Positions 1 through 14,711 of a stretch of 64,000 bases of DNA are shown here, piece by piece. Origin of the DNA: Salpingoeca rosetta (Eukaryota > Protista > Choanoflagellata); the NCBI GenBank assembly GCA_033442325.1, contig JAWQFM010000011.1, positions 1,194,201 to 1,258,200 on the forward strand, given 5' to 3'. The notes under the pieces are model-generated. The model was not told where the DNA came from, made no database searches, and saw only the letters and a program-made list of their open reading frames with translations. Each line of letters opens with the position of its first letter. The stretch's first letter is position 1. The position numbers were made by a program, and so were the translations under genes.

Positions 1-519
1 CTCTCTCTCTCTCTCCCTCTCTCTTTCTCTCTGTCTCCGTCTGGCCGGGTTGTTGGTTGGTTTACATGAGTTAGAGGTGTCTGCTCAGACACTTTGGGCT
101 TTGGTTGTTTTGCGGTGTGGCCGACTGGGAAAGGAGCTGATTTGCCAATTGCAGGTGCAATTACAGCCGAATGTGGGCCACCGGGAATGCAGACGCACCC
201 TCCGATCCGCCGAAGTGTTTGTGTGTGTGTGTGTGTGTGTCTGCGTCTGTGTCTGTGTGTCTGTGTCTGCGTCTGTGTGTCTGTGTGTGTCTGTGTGTCT
301 GTGCATGTGTGTGTCTGTGTGTCTGTGACTGTGTGCCTGTGTCTGTGTATCTGTCTGTCCTTGCCATCATCCCCCCCCCCTTCTTTCATCTCTGTCCTTC
401 ACATCGTCCACCCTTCTTTCACCTCTGTCCTTGCCATCGTCCACATATCTATCACCTCCGCCCATCACTCCTCACCGCCCCCCCCCCCCACTTCTCTCTC
501 TTTCACCTTCCCCCGTCCG

Positions 520-1377
520 TTAGTCCACGCGTGCGGGCTTGCTGCTGCTAGCGAAGCGGCGCGAGGCGTGGCGCAAACTGCGGTCACTGATGAAGAGGAG
601 CGCCTTCATGATACCAATAAATATCAGGTTCACGGGCCACGCCAGGCACGCTGTGAGCACGGCGTTCAGCACAGGCGTGTTGTTCATGTAGACCATGCCA
701 CACCACCGGGAAATGAGCACCAGTGCCCGTGTTCGCAGCCACCTGGGCCACGTGGCAAACGACGCCAGCGCCAGCCGGGCCGCTTCAGGCGTCACAGCGC
801 GCTCCACCTGCCGTCGTCGCTGCTGTTGCTGTTGTTGTTGCTGTTGATGTTGTTGATGCTGTTGGTGGTGCTCCTTCTGCTGCTGCTTTCGCTCCCTCGT
901 TTCCTCCTCCCCCTCCTCCTCCTGTCGCAGTGGTGGTGGTATGGCCGAGTCCAGCGCCAGGGCGAGGGCAACTGCGTCCTCAATGGCCAGGCACGCGCCC
1001 TGGCCAAAGTGGTGCACCACAGCATGCCCTGCGTCGCCCACCAGCACCACGTTGTGGGTGTACTGCGGTACGCTGCGGCAGTCATACACATCGGTCTGGA
1101 TAATGTCCTCAGGCCGGGTTGCCTTGATGATAGTCTGTATCTCTTCATGGAACCCGCGCGTCTGCTCTAACAGAAACGGCACAACATCATCAACCGGGAT
1201 GTCCTGTGTGTGCAGGGAGTGCACAGCGGAAACGTGATTCACGCGATGTGTGTGAGAGAGGGGGGGGGAGGGTGAGAGAGGGTGAGAGGGTGAGGGTGAG
1301 AGGGTGAGGGTGAGAGAGAGCGGAACGGCACGAATGGCCCCAAACCTCACGGTTGCAAGTACACCCGCACACACACA

Positions 1378-1457
<80 letters not shown>

Positions 1458-1458
1458 A

Positions 1459-1490
<32 letters not shown>

Positions 1491-2644
1491 GCACACGCGC
1501 GCGCGCGCGCACGCACGCATGTATGCATACACACACCTTGGGGTGCTGCACGTCGAGAACCCAGAAACACCGGTCGTTTGTGGTCCAGCCACAGGTGAAG
1601 GAGACGTTCTGACCCGTGGGATGAACAACCGTCTTGTACATGCAGTGTGCACGGGCACATGCCAGCTGCAGCACGGCTGGTGGGCACTTGTCAAGGAACC
1701 CCCGCCAGCACGACGCCCCGCTGTACCTCAAGCAGCCATCGCCAAAGAGGCAGGAGCGCACGCGCGACCGTGCGCCGTCCGCGCCCACAATCAGCGACGC
1801 CTGCATGCGTGTGCCGTCCTCAAACACTGCGACCGGGTGGCCCGTGTCGGCGTGTGCCAGGCCGGTGAAGCGCTTGCCCGTGGTGAGGCGCCCGCCCTCG
1901 CGCACAAACACGTCCATGAGTGCCTGCTGCAGTTCGCCGCGGTGCACGTTGCACTGGACGGAGCCAAACTCCCGTACAAGGTCGCTGTCGGATGCAAGCG
2001 GCACCTGGAACAGCCCGCGGCCGTCATAGCGCCGCAAGGACACGTTGGTCTGCGGCAGGCCGATGGTGCTTGGCAGGTCGATGCCCAGCGTGCGCAGGAT
2101 CGGCAGGCTGTGCCCAATCACGCTCATGCCAGACCCGGCATCCTTCATTCGCTTCACCTGAGTCAAGGGCATGGCGGGGGGGGGATGCGAGAAGTGGTGC
2201 GGTGGTGGTGCGGTGGCAGTGAGTCGTGATGCGGTGGCGATGCACTGGCACAGTTGGTTCAATCTTGACTCACTCACTCACTCACATGCACATGCACACG
2301 CACACACACACACACATGCACATGCACACACATACACACACATGCACATGCACACACACACATGCACACACACACACATACACACACATGCACACACATG
2401 CACATGCACACACATGTGCACTCACCTTGTCGACGAGGTGAACGCGGATGCCCGCACGCTGCAAGCAGATGCCGAGCGTGAGACCCGAGATGCCAGCGCC
2501 AATCACCAACACCCGCTGCGTGTCATCCTCCCTCTCCTTGACCACTGGAGTCGTGTTGCTTGCCATGCTTGACCTGCTTGCCATGCTTGACCTGCTTTGC
2601 TTCTTGTTTGTCGTCAGTGGTTGCCGTTGTCCACGTTGCGTCAT
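520..2644 (-). CDS. FAD-dependent (class A flavoprotein) monooxygenase, 3 exons (2644/2584-2426, 2157-1537, 1203-520)
   Basis: The spliced product has the Rossmann motif [11 protein letters not shown], the DG motif [12 protein letters not shown] and the GD motif [25 protein letters not shown]. Both GT-AG introns are phase 0. There is a polyQ/E insert and a hydrophobic C-terminus. Start is ambiguous (ATG at 2644, 2584 or 2566). Confidence 0.9.
2557..2597. repeat. 18-bp tandem duplication (TGCTTGCCATGCTTGACC x2.3) at the monooxygenase 5' end
   Basis: Read directly. Each copy contains an in-frame ATG on the minus strand ([11 protein letters not shown]). Confidence 0.85.
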
Positions 2645-2676
2645 TCACGGCCTGCAAAACAGTGCAATCATCTCGC

Positions 2677-2725
2677 GCTCCACTTGACACGCTCCACTTG
2701 ACACACTCCACTTGACACGCTCCAC
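2677..2725. promoter_or_regulatory. 14-bp tandem repeat (G/A)CTCCACTTGACAC x3.5 in the short divergent intergenic region
   Basis: Units at 2677, 2691 and 2705, partial at 2719, between head-to-head starts at 2644 and 2765. The regulatory role is inferred. Confidence 0.55.
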
Positions 2726-2764
2726 CACCACCAGCGGCTGCTCGATCCCCAACCTGCTGCCACG

Positions 2765-3949
2765 ATGAGCGACCAAGACGTGAGGAGATCCTCGCCAACA
2801 CCGCCGGCAACCCCAACACACCGCCGCTTGCCAGAGTCGCCACATGACACACATCACCACCACCACCATTCCCCTCACCTCCAATCGCAGGCTGACGAGG
2901 ACACGCCGCGACCCCATGCCACGAAGAAGCTGCCTGCGCGACCCATGGACTACGTTGTCATGGGCCGCCCCAAGTTCCTCATGTACAGCCTGGCGTGCCA
3001 CGCCGTGGGCGTCTTGGTGGCACTGCAGCAAGGCTGCGAGGTGGATCTGGTGTCCTGCGCCCTGCTCCAGCTCACCGTCTGGTGCACCCACCTCATGACC
3101 CACTACATCAACGAGTACGGCGACTACGAGGCAGACAAGCTCAACACCAACGCCGGGTCCTGGACCGGCGGCAGCAAGATCCTGCACTCCCGCGGCCTCT
3201 CCCGCAACGTGGCCCTGGTCATCGGCATTGTGCTGCAGGTGCTGGCGTTCCTCTCTGGCGCAGCGTGTGTGCTCCGCTTCGTCAACATCCGACACGGCGT
3301 GCCCCTCGATATCCCGCAGAGCACCGACGATGCGCTGGAGCTCGTCACCAGCACCTTCGCCCACCTCCCGCACGCGTTTGTGCTGTTTGGCGTCTCCGTC
3401 TTCTTCGTTGCCTTTGCCTACAGCCTGCCGCCACTGCGCCTCAGCGCTGTCGGGCTGGGCGAGGTGTGCGTCTCGTATGTGCTCACCTTCTCCACGCCCG
3501 TGGTCGGCTGCCTGCTGCAAGGCGGCAGCATCACCTTTCGCTTCGTTCTCCTGCTCATCCCCATCTTCATCATGAACCTCAACCGCATGATCATCATGAA
3601 CATCCCAGACCGCCACGGCGACGCCGCCGCGGGCAAGGTCACCTCCGTTGTCATGGTTGGCGAGCACCGCGCCGTCGCCATCAACAACATCCTCTACCTT
3701 GCCACGTACCTCATCGTGCTGCCCCAGCTGCAGCTTGGACCCATCATCACCACCGCCTACCTGCTGCCACTGCCGCTGCGGTGGTGGCAGAGCCTGCGCA
3801 TCAACACGCCGCACTGGTGGGGGGTGCGTCACCTCGTGGACTCCATCCCCTTTGTTGAGAGCGTCTTCATCCTCACCACCGTCGTCTTCCTTGTCGCCGG
3901 GCTCGCGTGCGAGCTCGATGACACATGTGCCGCGTGGTTCTCTCTCTAA
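2765..3949 (+). CDS. UbiA-superfamily membrane prenyltransferase (MenA/UBIAD1-like), intronless, 394 aa
   Basis: N-terminal GRPKFL, first Asp-rich motif HYINEYGDYEADKLN followed by GGS, YSLPPLRL..GLGE, second motif NIPDRHGDAAAGKVT, and multiple hydrophobic TM segments. Confidence 0.9.
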   Translation: MSDQDVRRSSPTPPATPTHRRLPESPHDTHHHHHHSPHLQSQADEDTPRPHATKKLPARPMDYVVMGRPKFLMYSLACHAVGVLVALQQGCEVDLVSCALLQLTVWCTHLMTHYINEYGDYEADKLNTNAGSWTGGSKILHSRGLSRNVALVIGIVLQVLAFLSGAACVLRFVNIRHGVPLDIPQSTDDALELVTSTFAHLPHAFVLFGVSVFFVAFAYSLPPLRLSAVGLGEVCVSYVLTFSTPVVGCLLQGGSITFRFVLLLIPIFIMNLNRMIIMNIPDRHGDAAAGKVTSVVMVGEHRAVAINNILYLATYLIVLPQLQLGPIITTAYLLPLPLRWWQSLRINTPHWWGVRHLVDSIPFVESVFILTTVVFLVAGLACELDDTCAAWFSL

Positions 3950-4026
3950 TAGCCCCGTATGTGTCTGCCTCTGTGAGTGTGAGTGTGTCTGCCTGTGTGA
4001 ATTCTGAGTGTGGGTGTGTGTCTGTG

Positions 4027-4090
<64 letters not shown>

Positions 4091-4636
4091 GGGGGGGGGG
4101 ATATGTGTGTGTGTGTCTGTGTGTCTGTCCGTCTGTCCGTCTGTGTGTCTGTCCGTCTGTGTGTCTGTGTGTCTGTTTGCCTGTCCGTCTGTGTGTTTGC
4201 ATGTCTCTGTCGAGATCTCACTGTGTTTGTCTGTCCGTCCCCGTGTGTGACATCGTGTTTCGTGTCTGTACAACGTGTGCCAGCGCTGTACGTTCTACTG
4301 TGCATTCATCTATCCGCCTCCCACCCACGACGCTTTTCGTCACCACTGTATTCTAACATCCAGTGCCAGCACAGGCAATACAATGTGAACGTGTAGCCTC
4401 TTTATCATAACTTGATTGAACCAGAGCAGCGTCTTTGTCGCGGTGTAACGGTGGGGTGGAGATAAGCACACACGCGGACGCAGTGGAGGGGGGAAGGTGT
4501 GGGCGACAATGACAACGCAGAACTAGTGACATCAACAGTGTGAGCACTGCCGAGTTGGCAAACGAAAGGTGCTTCAAGCCCTGCGCTTCCCACAGTAGTG
4601 AGCCACACCACCTCACTCCGCGCCGATACGGCTCCG

Positions 4637-8185
<3,549 letters not shown>

Positions 8186-8483
8186 CACCACCATCAACAT
8201 CAACAACAACAACAAGGCTGTCCAGCGCTGACAAAACGGGGGAGTTGGAGGTGTGACGTCTGGCAGGCTGTGATGGGTTCAATATGGGATGGTGACGGTC
8301 GTCGCGTCTCGTGTGTGTCTGCTGTGGTTGCGTGCAATGTGGCTGCACACCGCCTGCACGAGAAGAAACCGCAGCAAAGAAAGTGAAAAAGCGGACAGCA
8401 AGCAACAGGGCGAAACATCTGGCGACTGAATTCAGGGTGTGTGTCTGTGTGTGTGTCTGATCTGTGTGTGTGTGTGTGTCTGA

Positions 8484-8557
<74 letters not shown>

Positions 8558-9349
8558 GTGTCTGTCTGTCTGATCTCTGTGTGTGTGTGTCTGTGTGTGT
8601 GTGTCTGTGTCTGTGTGTGTGTGTGTGTGTCTGTGTCTGTGTGTGTGTGTGTGTCTGTGTGTGTCTGTGTGTGTCGGTGTCTGTGTGCAAGCGAACACGC
8701 ATCCACGCCATCGACCCCTCGGTCAGCCATCTCTTCCACTTCATCCATGTGCTTGGCTCGTTCGGTGTACAGGCAAGCGAAACAGCAAGCAGTAGTAGCA
8801 GCAGCAGCAGCCTCAGTAACAGACAAAACAGCAAAAACGTAAGGTGTGCAAGCATGGGAAATGTGGAAAGTCAACACAAACACATGCAAACACATGCACA
8901 TGCAAACACATGCAAACACATGCAAACACATGCAAACACACGCAAACACGCAACCACAAACACGCAAACACACGCACAAACACACACACACATGTGACGA
9001 TGGAAGCGGTTCGTTACAACCACTGCAAGCTGGCATGAGCTCTCTCCCTCGCTTCCCCTTCGCCATCACCCCCTCGTCTTCCATCTCATACACGACTACA
9101 ACTACTGCTGCTGCCACTGGGCCTGAAAACGGAAAAAACAGAGAAGCCCAAAGCCATCGCACAATCACTCACACTCTCACGCATACACACACACACACAC
9201 ACAAACTTCATTTGCTCTCACGCTCACGCACACGCCCACAGCCACCAAGCGACACCAAGCGACACCAAGCAGCAATTCCCCACACCCCTGTCTCCCCGCT
9301 TTCGTTCCCCGTCTTTCTTTTCCTCTCTCGCTTTCTCTCCCCCTGCGCC

Positions 9350-11512
9350 TCATGTGCTGGTTGGCGGCAGCGGGGTGAACCGCTCGCGCTCTGCCAGCCG
9401 CTCCTCAAGCACGGCCCGCACCATCGTGCCCTTCACCCACGCCGCCATGTCGACCGCCTCAAGCTTGGCCTTGTCCGCGATAAACGGGTGCTGCGCAAGG
9501 TCGGTCAGCTTTGGCCGCTCCTCGGGTGCCTTACGCGTGCTGGCGTTTGGCCAAGTGCGAAACGTGGTCATGAGGGGGGGGGGGTGGATGATGATGATGA
9601 GCGTGGGTGGTGAGCCGTGGTGGGGAAGGGCGTGATTGTTTTGACGCGGACTTAAAACGAACCCCACAGATGAGAATTGTACAGGTGGGGGGAAGGAAAG
9701 TTGAATCGTAGCAAGCAGCATGTACGAGGGGCACAAGGGCGGATTTGTTTCAAGTGGTGGGGGTGATGAACACACCATGCCTCGACAAAGCTGCAGAACT
9801 CGGGGGAGAATCCTGCGCCATCTGGCAGGTGCGGTGGCTCGCCCTCCACGATGCGCGTCAGCAGCTCAAACACAACCATCCCGCCCTCCTGGTGTGATGT
9901 GAGAGTGTATGTGTGAGAGCAAAACGTACGGGCTGTGTGAGATGGGAGCGAATTGTATGCTGGAAGCGTAACTGCTGCCCCACAACACCACCACAACACC
10001 ACCACAACAACAACACCACAACCACAAAACCACCACCACCACAACAACAACAACAACATCACCACCACCACAACACCACCACCACCACAACCGACCTGTG
10101 GTGGCGGCGGGATGTCTTCGACGGTGGCTGGCGGTTCGCGGATTGGCACGAGCTCCTTCGCGCGCTCGGGCGGAATCGGGAAGTGGCCCGTGGCAAGCTC
10201 AATCAGCGACAGACCTGCCATGCACGTGTCGGTGGTGGTGGTGGTTGAGGTGGCGTGAGGTGACATGGCGTGAGGATGGTGGGTGGTGGATGAGCGCGAG
10301 GGGATGGTGACTGTTGCTGCCCTGGCTTCGGTTGACGCAGCAGCACCAACAAACAAGAGCAGCAGCAATAAACAAGAGCAGCAGCAATAAACAAGACCAG
10401 CAGCAATTTACAAGAGCAGCAATGAAAAGAACTACAGCGGCGACAACACGATGTGTGCAGACGCACCGAGACTCCACACGTCCGAGGTGACGGTGTACTT
10501 TTGGCCCTTGAGGCGCTCGGGCTGCAGTGATGAGTGAGGAGTGAGGACGACAAGGGGCGATGAGATGACAGCAGCACCGTCAGCACAAGCATGCGTACAC
10601 ACGCACACACACATGCACAACATTGCTCCCATGTGCTCTTGTTTCCTCAGCACACACGCACTCTCACATGCACACACTCATATGCACATGCACATGCACA
10701 TGCACACACGCACACACTCACATGCACATGCACACACAAACAAACAAACAAACAAACACGATGTGCTGGCCTTACCGCCATGTAGCTCCTGGTGCCAACA
10801 AACGAATATGCGAGCGATCCTTGCAGCTCACCTGCCCGTGAGGAGCAGTGACGGGCCAGGCAACACAGCAGGCAACATAAGCGTATGGGCATGTATATGT
10901 CTCTCGCGCGCTTACATGTGTGTTTGCATACGTGTCTGCGTCAAGCACGAGTGCATGCGCGCGTCTGCGTCAGGCAGAGGGAGCACATGATAGACGTACC
11001 GCTGACCCCGAAATCACACAACTTCACTGCACCATCCGAGTTCACGAGAATATTTGACGGCTTGATGTCTGTACGAGCACATGCATACAAAGAGTGATGG
11101 AGAGGTGTTGAAAAGGTGATGCGCAGACGTGAGAAAATGTCGAAATCACATGAAAAAGCGTGCAGGCGCACACAAACACAAGCACACAAGCACACAAACA
11201 AAAGCAAAAACACACCTACACAAACAAAAGCACACCCACACAAACAAAAGCAGCAAACACACAAGCACATAAGCACACCAACACAGACTTGAACTTGCGC
11301 GTGTGCTCACCTCTGTGCATAACGCTCAATTCGTTGTGAAGATACAGCAGCCCTTCCACCACCTGACACACAGCGAAGAAAAGGGATATTGAAGCGTCAG
11401 TACGTGGAACCACCTTGCACTCACGACTCACACGTACACGCACACATGCAACACACACAAGCACACTCACCACCAATCAAACCGCACACAAGTCGCACCA
11501 AACAAAGACGAG

Positions 11513-11569
<57 letters not shown>

Positions 11570-13135
11570 ATATGTGTGTGTGCTTGTGTGCATGTGTGCG
11601 ACCTTTGAGCAGATGACAGCAATGACGTTCTCGGGGATGCGTCCAACACGACGCAGCACCACATCCAGCGACCCGCCATCCTGACAACCATGACGGTGGT
11701 GGGCGTAGTGGGCGAGGGAGATGAGGATACAATGCCCACCGCATGTACACGCCGTGTAACGTCATGCACAGACACACACATACGCATACACACACACATA
11801 CACACACACAGAAACACACGCACAGTTGCGCAAACGTGGCAACATCACCCCCCCCCTTTCCCTCCTCCTCTCTCTCTCTCTCTCGCGTGGTCGCACCATG
11901 TACTCCATGAGGATGTGGATCTCGCCCTCGTGCCAGAAGGAGCCGAAGAAGCCGACAATATGCGGCGACGAGCACCGGTGCAGCACACGCAGCTCCCGCA
12001 ATATTCTCTCCCGCACCTCCTTCTTCACCTCAAGCCGGATGGTCTGCGGGAGGGGGGATGGTTGTTGGCACACAGCAGCGCACGTGGGTGGTTGGCACGG
12101 GGTATTTGCGTCGCATGTGTGAGCAGTGGGGAGTGGTGTACACACAAAGCAAAGTGTACAGGCACAAATGCGCACACACTAACAGGCAGAAAAAGAACAC
12201 ATGAACAAGCACAAATGCGCACGAACATGATCACACAAGCGTATTCACTCAAGCACACACACGCGCGCGCGCAAAGTACAGGTGCGCAAGACCACGTGCC
12301 CTGGTCTGTTCCACAACCTCCATCACACTCCACAATGACCACAAATACCTTCTCTGCCAGGATGAGTTGTGTCGGTTTGTGTAGTACTTTGAATACGGAC
12401 CCGCCGTGACCATGCCCGAGTGCGCGGATCTTCTCAAAGTCACTCAACTCCAAGCTTTGAAACTGCACGCGCATGGCCAGTTTGCCATCGATGAGAGCAA
12501 AAGTGCATGTACATGCATGGTGAGAACAGAGCACGGACACACACACACACACACACACAAGGACACACGCACATACGGATACAATCCTACACGGACATAC
12601 AACACTCCGTGCACAAGCACGAACACAGTGATCGTTGGCGAGACGACAAGCAGACACACGATGCACACGAGCACACACACACACACACACACACACACCT
12701 CCACGAAGCGGCTTTTCTTGATCAGAAAGGCCTCGACGGACGCCTTTTCCTGCGCATCAATTTCCATGCCATCGAGAGCGCGGCGAACGGGCTCAAGGTC
12801 CATTGCCAGTTTCCTGCGTTGGACCACACAAAGTACAAGCTCGTGAGGAGGCGTTATGTCTCGCGCACCATGAATATGACCAACCACAAATCACGGTGCA
12901 CACGCGCTGCTGCAGCGTGCATCCAGTAATCATGACAACACACACACACACACACACACAAACGTACACGCACAGACACAGACACATTTCAAACAAGGAG
13001 AACACGTGGTTCAGTTCAAGCACAGTGCGGTGGCATGCGTTTGCAAACTCACCCTGATCTGCGATCCCCTTGCTTCCCGCTGTCATCGTCCACGAGGTCG
13101 ATGCTCATGGGGGGAGGACGCGGTTTTTTCGGCAT
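9350..13135 (-). CDS. MAP2K1: MAP kinase kinase (MEK1/2-like), about 11 exons
   Basis: N-terminal docking motif [102 protein letters not shown]; MEK1/2-type Pro-rich insert (FPIPP...VFELL). Confidence 0.92.
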
Positions 13136-13958
13136 GATGGCCGGCTTGCTGCAGTCGTATGCGCACGCACCGGCTTTGAACTGAGAGGCTGGGTGAACGC
13201 GTGCAGCTGTCTGAATATGTGTGTGTACGTGTGTTTATATGTGTGAGTGTGTGTGTGTGTATGTGCATGTATGTCGCTCTTGGCTGAGGACCACAACTGC
13301 ACTGTCACGCTGTTGTTAAATCGAGCAGCGATAACTCACCACCCACCTTCTTCTGTCTGCGCTTGCTTCTTGCTTCTTGCTTGCTTGCTTGTGTCTGTGT
13401 GGCTGGCGACGCGCACTCTCAGGTGGACATTGCAGAAAATTATTTGAAATTATAGCAATTTCTCCCAATGACGCATGCGATGTTTAAAAGCAGCAGCAAC
13501 GAGCGGACGGATGGTGTGTCTGTGTTCGTGTGGTTGTGTGTGTTCGTGTGTGTGTGTGTGTGTGTGTGTGTGTCTGTGTGTCTGTGTGTCTGTGTGTCTG
13601 TGTGTCTGTGTCTGTGTCTGTGTCTGTGTCTGTGTGTGTGTGTGTGTGTGTATCTGTGTCTGTGTCTGTGTGTGTGTGGAGGCGTTTGCATTTGGGAGAC
13701 ACAGGGAAAGCGGCGTGCACGCTGCAAAATCAGGATGGTGGGACCGCTGAATCCAAGGCAAGGGGCGAAGATCACCGAGAGTATGCGTGCACGACAAACG
13801 GTGCAACCATGTGGTGAGTTGAGGTCGCCGACAGCAAAACAGCAACACACAAGAGAGCAACCACACGTACACTCACTCACTCACTGACTCACTCACACAC
13901 TCACACACTCACACACACACACACACTCACTCACTGACTCACTCACTCACTCACACAC

Positions 13959-14634
13959 TCAAGCACTCACGCGCGCAGCAGACTCACGTGGAGGTGCGCG
14001 CCTGGACGGCTTGCGGGACTGCGGACGTGGAGGCGGCGCATCGGCTGGCGGTGGCGCAGGAACAGTGGCGGAGGGCGCAGCTGTGTCTGGTGTGGGCGGT
14101 GCCGGTGGCCGGGGCGGGGCACGGCGCACAGAGAGCTTGTTCTTGCGCTGGGGCACAAACTGCTTGTTGAAGCAGGCAGAGCAGTGCGGCTGCCCATCCA
14201 GTGGGATGTATGGCTTGTCGTGCACAGGCACGTCTGTGTGTGTGTGTGTGTGTGTGTTGGGGTGGGGCGTGGTTGGGGAGAAGGGTGTGTAAACAAAAAG
14301 GGAGTTGGTGAGCAGCACAACAACAAGTTACATGCAGGGATACACCTGCCACGCACACATCCACACACATCAACACACACACGCACGCTCACAGGCAAAC
14401 AAAAACAAACACATACATACACACCGATGCACACAACGCACCGCACGCAAAGCAGCAGAAATGGTCGACGTGCCAAGCCTGGTCCTCGGCCTGCACAAAC
14501 TGCGTCTCGTAGATGCTCTCGTCGCACGCGGCGCAGCGCGCCTTGTACTTGTCCGAGAAGTGTCGCTCGCACAACAGCCCGTCATCATGCACAAATGCAT
14601 TCAGCCCTGACGAGTCGTGGTCGTGGTCGTGGTT

Positions 14635-14711
<77 letters not shown>

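Noticed and set aside
2677-2725. Possible CRISPR-like array
   Set aside because: The 14-bp units are contiguous with no spacers, and the context is eukaryotic with no cas genes.
8690-8750. Short reading frame MDEVEEMADRGVDGVDAC as an upstream GGPPS exon
   Set aside because: No convincing splice link or homology; may be promoter or UTR.
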